Made by a program: the position numbers and the translations under genes
Notes under the pieces: model-generated
Seen by the model: only the letters and a program-made list of their open reading frames with translations
What the model was told of the DNA's origin: nothing
Databases searched by the model: none
Part shown: positions 33,767 to 42,485 of the stretch, piece after piece
Position numbering within the stretch: position 1 is the first letter of the stretch
How the letters are laid out: each line of letters begins with the position of its first letter
Assembly: GCA_045576355.1 (NCBI GenBank)
Contig: JAZNGG010000005.1
Coordinates: 2,419-66,418, forward strand
Direction: 5' to 3'
DNA from: Bacteroidales bacterium
GTDB lineage: Bacteria > Bacteroidota > Bacteroidia > Bacteroidales > UBA3663
DNA: 64,000 nt

Positions 33767-34040
33767 TATTTTTGCAAAACTATTAGAAGTCTAACACTTT
33801 AAAAATAATTTGCCCATGAAACATAGCGTATAATTGATACGCACATTTAAAACATATATTGAAAAAGCGTTTTAGCTTTATTCTATCCTCTAAAGTTTGG
33901 CGACTTAAAGAAACCGATAAGAATAATGCGAAAATGCTCACGCTTATGGCGTGGGCTTTTAGTGATTCTGTCGGTTAGGTTACGCCAAACACCTTGAGGA
34001 TGAATCTACACTAAAAGTTCCGCGCTTTTTTTGTGCGTAT
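33767..34040 (+). ncRNA. Promoter and candidate structured 5' leader/attenuator (leader 2)
   Basis: TATTTTTG box at 33767-33774, mini-ORF MKHSV* at 33816-33833, nested stems, and a T7 run at 34026-34032. Confidence 0.6.
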
Positions 34041-34122
34041 TTCTCGACAAAACACAAGGGACAACGGAGTAACCTGAAAAGCCAAAAATGAGTAAGGAAA
34101 AATTATCAACTGAATTTAAAAT

Positions 34123-34689
34123 ATGAAAAAAATTATTATAGCTTTGTTTTTAAGTCTTTCTCTCTCCTCTACTCTCTTTGCACAAACAGCACAAGACAGC
34201 ATTTCTAAAATAAAGACAGAAAAGAAAGAAGTCTATAGAGGATTTGATCTAAACGCGCATTTTCAAGAAAACATGGGAAGTGCAGAATGGGGAATAGATG
34301 CAATAAAACTATGGCATTTTAGTTTAAATTGGGATCATGCAAATTTTTCTTACGGGATGAAATCAAATTCATGGACATTTGGTGCCGGATGGAACATAAG
34401 AAAAGTAATTAAAAATTGCTTTCTAATACAAGGTCGATTATTTCCATACGCAGGTGTACTAAAAACAAAATTTGAGGATGAAGAACTCGGAAATTCATCT
34501 GAATTTACTTATGGAGCACGCGCAAATGCACAAATCGGTTTTAAAATATACGATGCTAAAGATGAAGTAAAACATAAAGCGTTTTTAACAATAGGATATC
34601 GGATTGATGCTCCAGAATTTAAAACCAAAGACATGTTTAAGAATGGATGGTGGGGAATCGGCATATCATTCGTAGAAATACCACTATAA
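34123..34689 (+). CDS. Secreted protein, probable small outer-membrane beta-barrel
   Basis: Signal peptide, alternating aromatic/Gly strands and C-terminal WWGIGISF; AT-rich. Confidence 0.7.
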   Translation: MKKIIIALFLSLSLSSTLFAQTAQDSISKIKTEKKEVYRGFDLNAHFQENMGSAEWGIDAIKLWHFSLNWDHANFSYGMKSNSWTFGAGWNIRKVIKNCFLIQGRLFPYAGVLKTKFEDEELGNSSEFTYGARANAQIGFKIYDAKDEVKHKAFLTIGYRIDAPEFKTKDMFKNGWWGIGISFVEIPL

Positions 34690-34839
34690 AATATTATTGG
34701 AGTCCGACAAACGCATTAAATTCTTAATCCTCTTGTTTATCTTCTTATCATAACATAAACAATTATGACTAAGGCATTTATAAACAGTAAAACACATCAC
34801 GTTTACGTCGAATAATATTCAAGTCTTAAATAGTCCATT

Positions 34840-34970
34840 TGCATGACGGCGCCGTGTAGTGTGCATGACGCTGCCGTGTGACATGAATGACGGCGCCGTG
34901 TAGCCTCACACGGCGGCCTGAATAATAACACACGGCGCCGTCGTGCACGTAACACGGCGCCGTCATGCAT
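34840..34970. repeat. Palindromic array of six ~22-bp units with core ACGGCGCCGT
   Basis: Cores at 34846, 34868, 34890, 34910, 34932 and 34954; perfect 18-bp outer inverted repeat. Confidence 0.92.
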
Positions 34971-35154
34971 TTTGACCGATTAAGAAAGTTTAGAAACAAC
35001 CGAAAACAGATGCGCCCAAACTCGGATCATAATCTCTTTTTCTCACCTAAAATAGAATACCGGAAATCTGTTTTACTTCTATATAACAAAACTTTTTTAA
35101 GCATTTTATTATATCACATTTTTGTTTGCCTTTGGGCAATGAGGTCTGTCCGAT

Positions 35155-35186
35155 AAAAAAATATCGGCTGCCGAGGCAACCGATAT
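35155..35186 (-). terminator. Terminator of the PL1-DUF6298 operon
   Basis: ATATCGGTTGCC-TC-GGCAGCCGATAT followed by a T-run on the minus strand. Confidence 0.7.
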
Positions 35187-35291
35187 CTATCATAAAAAAA
35201 CGACAAGATGAGTTTTCTTTAATTTACCGACATAATTATATGCCTCCCACTTTGCTCCGGAGCAAGTCATAACAAGGGTGTATAGCAACAC

Positions 35292-38200
35292 CTATCTCCT
35301 CTTCAGCCAGTAGGCTCCCGACGCGCCTTCGGGGAGGAACGGCTTGGTCGGAGAGAGTGTGATGCGTGAGCGAAGGAGGCGACAAGAACCATCGCCGGAG
35401 ATGGCATAAAGATCATAACGACCCTCGGCGATAGGGAGAGTGAGTTCTTTCACTCCACCCTCATAACGCACTACGGCACCGTCCTCAGAGGCAATCATCG
35501 TCACCCCTTCGGCAGAGAGTGCCACCGGATTCATCGCCACGATGTCTTTGCGCAGGGTCTCATCAGAGATCCGCACATTGGGGCACGATCCGCCAGCCAT
35601 CAAGACTGCCCAGCCCAAGGCAGGATAGTTCTGCGCATAAAATGTCACAGCTTTCTCCGGATAAAGTGCGCGGTATTCTGCCACTGCCTTATAGGCTTCG
35701 TCAAAGGTTGTCTTGCCCACCTTCATCTTTCTCATGTGCTGACGAGGTGCCATATTTTTTCCTCCCTCAGGTGCCCAGAGACCGGTGGTGTTATAGTGCC
35801 AGTAACGAATGTCGATCACATCGATCACGGCAGCCCGACGAGCATCGCTCAGGATGGCATCCTGCACATCCTTGGTGGTCGCCAATGCCACTCGTGCATC
35901 CCGACCGGTCTCGGCTTCCCACTCAGCAATGACATCGACCCAAAAACGGACGAAGTGAAGCGGTCCGGTAAACTCGGCACTGATGAGGTGATAGGCATTG
36001 GGACAATCGTCCAGTTCCGTCAGATGACGACGGATGTACTCGCGATAGAGTTCGCGACGGATCGGATGACTCACATCATAGAAATGCTCCGCCATAAAGA
36101 TACGCTTGTCTCCGGCAAAAGGAACCGGCTCTGGGAACTGTGTATCGTTGACATTATTGACCGTACGCCACGGAGAGTCCACCCAGTGAGCACCTGCCTC
36201 GAGGATGTTGTGCTGGAAGAAGTGCTCGTCAAAAAGGAGGATTCCCTCGGGAGCGGCCTTGTGGGCAAACTCCTTCATGCGATCATAATACCAGCGGTTG
36301 GGGCGAGTCAGATCATATCGGCTCAATCCATCCCATGCCGTACCCTCGCCACTGCGGGCAAAGGGCTGCTCATAGAAGGGCGCCCACACATCACCATCAC
36401 GACGACGGATGCGCTCATGGTCGTCGCGACGACGCTCATACCAGAGACCATAGTTTTGATCATAGACTGCCTGATGATTACGTTTCATCACCGCTACGAC
36501 GGTGTCTATGCAGTCAGTGAGACCTTGTCCCTCCCGATCGGGGACGAAGCGAGTGATGGCAGGTCGGGTCTTGGGCAGATAGTTGGGTTTCAGTCTGCCA
36601 CTCCACCAGGTAGCATCCAGTTTGGCGCCGGTGATCAAAGCTCCATCGACGGTCAACTTACCATTAATAATAGCATATTGTGTCTGCGGCAAGGCTTTTT
36701 CAGCACAAATGCCGGCAGCATGACGGATCTGCTTCGGCTTGATCTGTCCGATCTCCGGCACTCGAGCCGAAGCGGCATATCCTTCTCCCCATGGAGCCTG
36801 AGCGATCCACTGCTCCAATGTCAAACGAGGAAGGCGAGCGGCTTCGGTCATCGCCATTGCCTGCTCTATGGTCGGGCTGCTCGTAGCCTCTCCATCCCGC
36901 TCCAGGATGCGACTCTGCCCGGTACAAGACTTACTCAGGCGCTCCTCGAGCTGGGCATAGTAGATGCTGCGCGGGGAGATATGATTATTGGACTCAAACC
37001 ACTCACCATCGCCGGAGAACTGTGCCCAGCAACCGAATGCACGATTCATCTCTGTCCGAGTCGGTGCATAACACTCGATTTCGGCAGCAGTGCACTGCCA
37101 GAAGAGCCCATTGGCAACATTCCATCCTGCACCATTCTTGTCCTGACCGAGATTGGCAAAAGTGAGATTATGTCCATCAATATCGACTACATCATAAAGG
37201 ACTCCACAAGCCCAAGAGGAGATTCCTCCACTATAGCCCAAAGCTTCGACAGCCTCACACTGCACAAAAGCATTGGGTCCGGGAGCACAATAACCTACGG
37301 CAAAGTCATGGATGCCATGCTCGGAATAACAACGCTGGAAGAGTGTCTGCTGACCGAGTGTGTAGAATGTCTGCCGACGCATACCACCCCGTTCGGAAAT
37401 CGGTGCATAGCTGCGACAATCCTCCACCGTGGCACGAGCTACAGAGGGAGAAAGGATAACGGCACTACCGACAAAGTGTCTGAAATCGACCTGGCGCACC
37501 CATACATCTTCTGCATCAGAGACAGAGACACCGGTCCAGCAGTGGTCCTCATCCATCGGAAGGGAGGCATCATAGGCTGAGATCAATGTCATCCCCTCCA
37601 CACCGGCCTCACGGATCCGTCCGGCACGTTGTACGCGAAGAAGATAAGGTTTCCCCTCTGCAGGATCAAGCGCCATCGTCAGAGGGGCATCGATCTCCAC
37701 TTTGTTACCCTCTGCAGCGAGCACTCGGCGATCCCATCGCAGGTCCATATCTCCGGGCTTCCACCCCAAAGCATCGATGCCTCCACCGAAGATATTACAC
37801 CGGAGAGAAGCAATCCACTCTCGAGTCGATGGACGGACAATCAGGAGACGATCTCCTGCCTGCAGTGTCTGACTGCCACCGGCAAGGGTCAAACGGCGAG
37901 CGCCCAACGGAAGATACTCATCTTCGATCCACAGCGTGTCACTCTGCGCGCTAAGCTGTTCTGTTCCTATGATTCGAATCAAGGGTTCGCGGGCAGTCCC
38001 TACGCGACGCAATGTGGTCTGTGTCCTTCCGGCACCCCGGAGAACAACGCCCGAAACATTGATCACCAGCGGACGACTAACCTCATATAGACCGCTATCG
38101 AGGACGACAGCCCCTCGTCTGCCCTCCCGATCTGCCGGAAGAGAAGCCACATAATCCAGCGCACGCTGAATCCGCATGGTCTCATCGCCTCCCTGTGGGG

Positions 38201-38429
38201 AAACACGTACGACAGCAGGGAGCACAGGGATCTCCTGCTCAGAGGCATGATAACCACAATAGGAGTAATCCAATGGACGATTACCCCGATCGTCTGACAA
38301 ATAAGCCAATCGACCTTCAGCACGATAAATAGAGGGTTTAGGCGGTGCTTTTTTCTGGGCACCAACCGGGAAAACTACCAGCAGAGATAGGATCAATGGT
38401 CCCCATCCCATACGACAAAAACTTTTCAT
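35292..38429 (-). CDS. Secreted pectin-locus protein: beta-helix N-terminal half plus DUF6298-like domain
   Basis: DYSYCGY, SGVVLRGAG and DEDHCW in the N-half; YGLWYERRRDDHERIRRRDG in the C-half. ATG at 38429 preferred because the longer start lies inside a repeat. Confidence 0.75.
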   Translation of the reverse strand: MKSFCRMGWGPLILSLLVVFPVGAQKKAPPKPSIYRAEGRLAYLSDDRGNRPLDYSYCGYHASEQEIPVLPAVVRVSPQGGDETMRIQRALDYVASLPADREGRRGAVVLDSGLYEVSRPLVINVSGVVLRGAGRTQTTLRRVGTAREPLIRIIGTEQLSAQSDTLWIEDEYLPLGARRLTLAGGSQTLQAGDRLLIVRPSTREWIASLRCNIFGGGIDALGWKPGDMDLRWDRRVLAAEGNKVEIDAPLTMALDPAEGKPYLLRVQRAGRIREAGVEGMTLISAYDASLPMDEDHCWTGVSVSDAEDVWVRQVDFRHFVGSAVILSPSVARATVEDCRSYAPISERGGMRRQTFYTLGQQTLFQRCYSEHGIHDFAVGYCAPGPNAFVQCEAVEALGYSGGISSWACGVLYDVVDIDGHNLTFANLGQDKNGAGWNVANGLFWQCTAAEIECYAPTRTEMNRAFGCWAQFSGDGEWFESNNHISPRSIYYAQLEERLSKSCTGQSRILERDGEATSSPTIEQAMAMTEAARLPRLTLEQWIAQAPWGEGYAASARVPEIGQIKPKQIRHAAGICAEKALPQTQYAIINGKLTVDGALITGAKLDATWWSGRLKPNYLPKTRPAITRFVPDREGQGLTDCIDTVVAVMKRNHQAVYDQNYGLWYERRRDDHERIRRRDGDVWAPFYEQPFARSGEGTAWDGLSRYDLTRPNRWYYDRMKEFAHKAAPEGILLFDEHFFQHNILEAGAHWVDSPWRTVNNVNDTQFPEPVPFAGDKRIFMAEHFYDVSHPIRRELYREYIRRHLTELDDCPNAYHLISAEFTGPLHFVRFWVDVIAEWEAETGRDARVALATTKDVQDAILSDARRAAVIDVIDIRYWHYNTTGLWAPEGGKNMAPRQHMRKMKVGKTTFDEAYKAVAEYRALYPEKAVTFYAQNYPALGWAVLMAGGSCPNVRISDETLRKDIVAMNPVALSAEGVTMIASEDGAVVRYEGGVKELTLPIAEGRYDLYAISGDGSCRLLRSRITLSPTKPFLPEGASGAYWLKRR

Positions 38430-38442
38430 AGGATTAATTTTT

Positions 38443-38552
38443 TTGGTTGAGGGGTTGAGGGGTTTAAAGGGCTGCGCCCTGCTATGGCTGATGGCAATGG
38501 CAGATGGCTTTGTTTTCACCTTTCAGTTTTCAGCTTTCAGTTTTCTCTTGCC
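38443..38552 (-). repeat. Modular intergenic repeat
   Basis: Near-identical to 42361-42470 on the opposite strand. Confidence 0.85.
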
Positions 38553-38573
38553 TTGGGACAGCTCTTAACCCAT

Positions 38574-40703
38574 TTATCTAACAAAAATCTTCTTACCATT
38601 ATGGATATAGAAGCCGGTAGTCACCTCCGAAATGGGGCGACCATTCAGATCATAATAGTAGTCTTGAGAGGGTGTCGGTTCGGTTCGGACATCATCGAGC
38701 GCTGTGTCATGATCCTCGACTACATAGATTTTGACTGTCGGCGAATTGCCTTTAAACGTAAGTGTCACCTTTCCTCCGGAGACAGGAGACTCTAACGGCA
38801 CAAGGATGTCTGACCATGTGTCTGCCGTAGCAGAAATGACATAATCTGTCGCGCCATAACTCTTGCCATTACACTCCGAGATATGGATATCCGTACCCGT
38901 ATAGTTAGAGTAGCCACAGATGCGGAGCGCTGACGCACGGATGGACGAAGGGACATGTATGGTGTATTGCTGAGCGCGAAGTTTAAGTGTCTGCCGACGT
39001 CCTGTAGCGCCGCTGATTCCCCCCGTTGCATCCATCTTCAGATCATCGGCATAGAGTTGTTTTTTGGCAGAAGAATCATAGCCCTTAAAAGTGAGTACGG
39101 AGATCTCATGTTCCCAAGGGGCACGACGCAGATATTCAATAGTGGGAGTTTCTACACCGAGCCGTTCGCCGCCCTCAGTCGCATAGGCATTCCATGCCTG
39201 CAAACTCTTATTGAGAGAGTTTACACAGACCTCTGTATAGGAATAGCCATTATAGTTGGCATTGGTCGTGTTGAATATTTTAGCACCATCAGCAGGATCT
39301 GATGAGTCGAGTTGCCAGGCATTCTCATACTTATCCGGCACTCCATCCCCATCGCTATCGGCATTTTCGGGGGCAATCGCTTTCAAGATGGGCCAAGCCT
39401 TATATTGCGCCACTGCTGCGGAGAAGGCATTATCACTCTGGCGGTCGATGATGCCATCGGTGCTACCATTGCTACCGGAGGCTGTTGCTGAGCGCGTTTC
39501 TGTGTCGTAAACCATAATTTCATCGAGGCAATCGCGATGATAAGAGGCTCCGGCATAAAGGAGCACCATCTCATAAGCCACCTCTGCACTATGAGTAGTC
39601 ACCTGCATAAACTCACGAGGCGAACGGAGACGGATCGAGTCGCGTGTGGCAGAGGTCCAGGTATAATCCAAATCAGAGCCATTGGAGGTTTGGTTATATA
39701 CCCCATTGGTCCAGTTGTCTGCTGTCACATCGTCATAATCGGCATTGACATTACCATTGATATAATAATCACCCCACACATCCACCACTTCGGCAAAGGC
39801 AGGATAGCTTTTGACATAAGACTTGGATCGGAGACCCAAAGCAATGATCCTCTTACGATAAGTGAGGCCCCGGGTGTCGGTATGTGGTCCCGGCTTATAA
39901 TAATTGTTGACTAAATTGGCCTCAGTAGCCTCAGCTCCATAACAGCCTTGACCACCCCAGTTGTAAAAGACGTTGTTTCGGATATCGACAAAATCACGAG
40001 TCGCCAAATAACCATCACCACCCAATCGGGGTACACGGCTCGAACAGTGAACAATCAGATTGTGATGATACGAGACATTATGTCCGCCCCAGTTGCCGCC
40101 ATAGCCATGAGAGCCTTTCTGATGTCCGGCGTTGCACAGTGCCTGCTCTATCATACACCAAGAGATCGTAACGTTAGAGGCATCCGAAACAGAGAGACAC
40201 TCATCGATGGACCATGAGAAAGAGCAGTGATCCACGATCACATTGTTACACTCCTCCAGGCCAAAGCCGTCTCCCTCATGATATGCCACTTGACGATTAC
40301 CGAGACGAATGCGTAGGTAACGGATGATGGCATTCTCACAGGAGATGGTCACCGGATAGTCCGCGAGACAGATACCCTCTCCAGGTGCGCTCTGTCCGAG
40401 GATGGTAAGATCACCACTGTCCAAACAGAGTGGAGAAGTCAGAAATATGGTGCCATTGACCGCAAAAGTTACAATCTTTTTACCCGGCTGCTTGACCGCC
40501 CAACGGAAAGTACCCTCCACCAGTTTGTTTTCGGGACAATCCTCGAGCGAAGTTACCACATAGGTTTTTCCTCCACGTCCTCCCGTAGCATAACGACCAT
40601 AACCCTCTGCCCCGGGAAAAGCGAGTTTGTTTTGAGCACAGAGATCAAAGGGGAAAACAACGAGAAGCGTAAACAAGAACGCAAGAATGTGTTTTTTCGA
40701 CAT
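38574..40703 (-). CDS. PL1 pectate lyase with a C-terminal secretion (CTD-like) tail
   Basis: Motifs AFPGAEGYG..TGGRGG, VDHCSFSWSIDE, HHNL..H.SSRVPR and NNVFYNWG; tail YYDLNGR..GFYIHNGKK. Confidence 0.9.
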   Translation of the reverse strand: MSKKHILAFLFTLLVVFPFDLCAQNKLAFPGAEGYGRYATGGRGGKTYVVTSLEDCPENKLVEGTFRWAVKQPGKKIVTFAVNGTIFLTSPLCLDSGDLTILGQSAPGEGICLADYPVTISCENAIIRYLRIRLGNRQVAYHEGDGFGLEECNNVIVDHCSFSWSIDECLSVSDASNVTISWCMIEQALCNAGHQKGSHGYGGNWGGHNVSYHHNLIVHCSSRVPRLGGDGYLATRDFVDIRNNVFYNWGGQGCYGAEATEANLVNNYYKPGPHTDTRGLTYRKRIIALGLRSKSYVKSYPAFAEVVDVWGDYYINGNVNADYDDVTADNWTNGVYNQTSNGSDLDYTWTSATRDSIRLRSPREFMQVTTHSAEVAYEMVLLYAGASYHRDCLDEIMVYDTETRSATASGSNGSTDGIIDRQSDNAFSAAVAQYKAWPILKAIAPENADSDGDGVPDKYENAWQLDSSDPADGAKIFNTTNANYNGYSYTEVCVNSLNKSLQAWNAYATEGGERLGVETPTIEYLRRAPWEHEISVLTFKGYDSSAKKQLYADDLKMDATGGISGATGRRQTLKLRAQQYTIHVPSSIRASALRICGYSNYTGTDIHISECNGKSYGATDYVISATADTWSDILVPLESPVSGGKVTLTFKGNSPTVKIYVVEDHDTALDDVRTEPTPSQDYYYDLNGRPISEVTTGFYIHNGKKIFVR

Positions 40704-40728
40704 ATATCCAGTATTTTATTAAGTGATG

Positions 40729-40987
40729 CAAATATACGTTTTTTTTAAGTTTCACGAGCACTTTATGACAAAAACTCCTAACTATCAAGTAAAATTCACA
40801 CATCGAGAAAGATTTACAATCGAGTGTATCAAAAATAACAATAATTGTTTCTATTGTCCCATTCCTGTTCGGGAAATATATCGTATGTTTGCATTCATAA
40901 ATAAATCATCCACATTAAAAAGCAAAAACTTATAATAATCTTTTAAAGTAAAGATTTGATATTTAAAATAAAAAAGTCTTACCTTTG
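40729..40987. promoter_or_regulatory. Divergent promoters for the PL1 and BNR-4 operons
   Basis: TATATTTG on the minus strand at 40729-40736 and TACCTTTG on the plus strand at 40980-40987. Confidence 0.6.
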
Positions 40988-41038
40988 TGAACGAAAACCA
41001 AACACTGAACACAAAAGAAAGACATCAAATACAATCTT

Positions 41039-42343
41039 ATGACACGACTTCAGATATATCCCATAGTGCGACTGCTCTTAGTCATCGTCTTTGCTCTGAC
41101 AACACAATGCTCTCTCTCTGCCCAACGACTCATCAAGGCAGGTGAAGGTTACAGCAGCACCTCTGTCAATACCACCATCTTCCGCAATAGTTCTCTGGTT
41201 ACACATAAGGGGAACCAATACATCGCATATTATGACGGCGAGGGCTATCTGACCTTAGGGAAACGAAAAATTGGCAAAAGTGACTGGGAGACACTCCGAT
41301 CCTCTTATAAGGGGAATGTGCGTGATGCCCACAATGACATCAGCATCATGATAGACGGAGATGGATGGCTTCATGTCGCATTTGACCATCACGGCAATGC
41401 TCTCAGATACTGCCGCAGTGTTGCTCCCGAGACACTGACTCTCGGTCCTTTGGAAGCAATGACCGGAGAGGACGAAAAAGATGTCACCTACCCCGAGTTT
41501 TATCGTCTTTCAGGAGGTGATCTGCTGTTTGCCTATCGCTCCGGAGCATCAGGACGCGGCAATCTGGTACTTAATCGTTATGAGACAATGGCAAAACGCT
41601 GGAGCCGAGTGCAGAGCATCCTCATCGATGGTGAAAACAAACGGAATGCCTATTGGCAGATGACCGTAGATCGTCAAGGGACACTCCATCTCTCTTGGGT
41701 ATGGCGTGAGACATGGCTTGTAGAGACCAACCATGACCTCTGCTATGCTCGCTCGACAGACGGAGGAAAAAGCTGGACTCATGCTGATGGGACACCTTAT
41801 ACGCTCCCTATCAAAAAGGACAACGCCGAATATGCCTGGCGCATCAATCAGAAGAGCGAACTGATCAACCAAACCTCCATGGCAACCGATGCAAAAGGCA
41901 ATCCTTATATCGCAACATACTGGCGTGACCCGGACGCTCAAGTTCCCCAATATCGAGTAGTCTGGCACGATGGCAAGCAATGGCATTGCAGCCAGGTATC
42001 TGATCGCAAAACCCCATTCTCTCTCAGTGGAGGGGGTACGAAAATGATACCGATCGCACGCCCACGCATGGTTGTCGATGGACACAAAGCCTATTTCCTC
42101 TTCCGCGACCAGGAGCGTGGAAGCAAAGTCTCGATGTACTATACGCGCGACATTCGCAAAGGGAAATGGAAAGTAAAAGATCTGACGGACTTCAGTGTAG
42201 ATGCCTGGGAACCCAGCATCGACACAGAGTTATGGAATCGGGATCGGAAACTGCACATCTTCGTACAGGAGACCCATCAGGGAGACGGAGAGAAAAGTGT
42301 CCGCAGCACGCCCACCCCTGTTTATGTCCTCGAAGTTCGTTAA
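41039..42343 (+). CDS. BNR-4 repeat beta-propeller protein
   Basis: DAHNDIS..DGDGWLHVAFDHH, VTYP.F and an Asp-box ARSTDGGKSW. Confidence 0.85.
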   Translation: MTRLQIYPIVRLLLVIVFALTTQCSLSAQRLIKAGEGYSSTSVNTTIFRNSSLVTHKGNQYIAYYDGEGYLTLGKRKIGKSDWETLRSSYKGNVRDAHNDISIMIDGDGWLHVAFDHHGNALRYCRSVAPETLTLGPLEAMTGEDEKDVTYPEFYRLSGGDLLFAYRSGASGRGNLVLNRYETMAKRWSRVQSILIDGENKRNAYWQMTVDRQGTLHLSWVWRETWLVETNHDLCYARSTDGGKSWTHADGTPYTLPIKKDNAEYAWRINQKSELINQTSMATDAKGNPYIATYWRDPDAQVPQYRVVWHDGKQWHCSQVSDRKTPFSLSGGGTKMIPIARPRMVVDGHKAYFLFRDQERGSKVSMYYTRDIRKGKWKVKDLTDFSVDAWEPSIDTELWNRDRKLHIFVQETHQGDGEKSVRSTPTPVYVLEVR

Positions 42344-42360
42344 TGAGAGCGGAGCCCATA

Positions 42361-42480
42361 GCAAGAGGAAAGGTGAAATCTGAAAACTGAAAGGTGATAA
42401 CAAAGCCATTGCCATCAGCCATAGCAAGGCGCAGCCCTTCAACCCCTCAACCCTTAAACCCTTAAACCAATAAACCAACA
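42361..42480 (+). repeat. Modular intergenic repeat
   Basis: Structure (TGAAAAC/TGAAAGG)n-GCCATTGCCATCAGCCATAGCAAGGCGCAGCCC-(YTCAACCC)n. Confidence 0.85.
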
Positions 42481-42485
42481 TAACA

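Noticed and set aside
35736-37580. 614-aa plus-strand ORF (and similar long antisense ORFs at 30915, 43164 and 58681)
   Set aside because: These are shadow frames opposite well-supported genes and show no recognisable motifs.
38430-38519. N-terminal extension MKTKPSAIAISHSRAQPFKPLNP of the DUF6298 ORF
   Set aside because: It is a translation of the modular intergenic repeat; the signal peptide begins at 38429.
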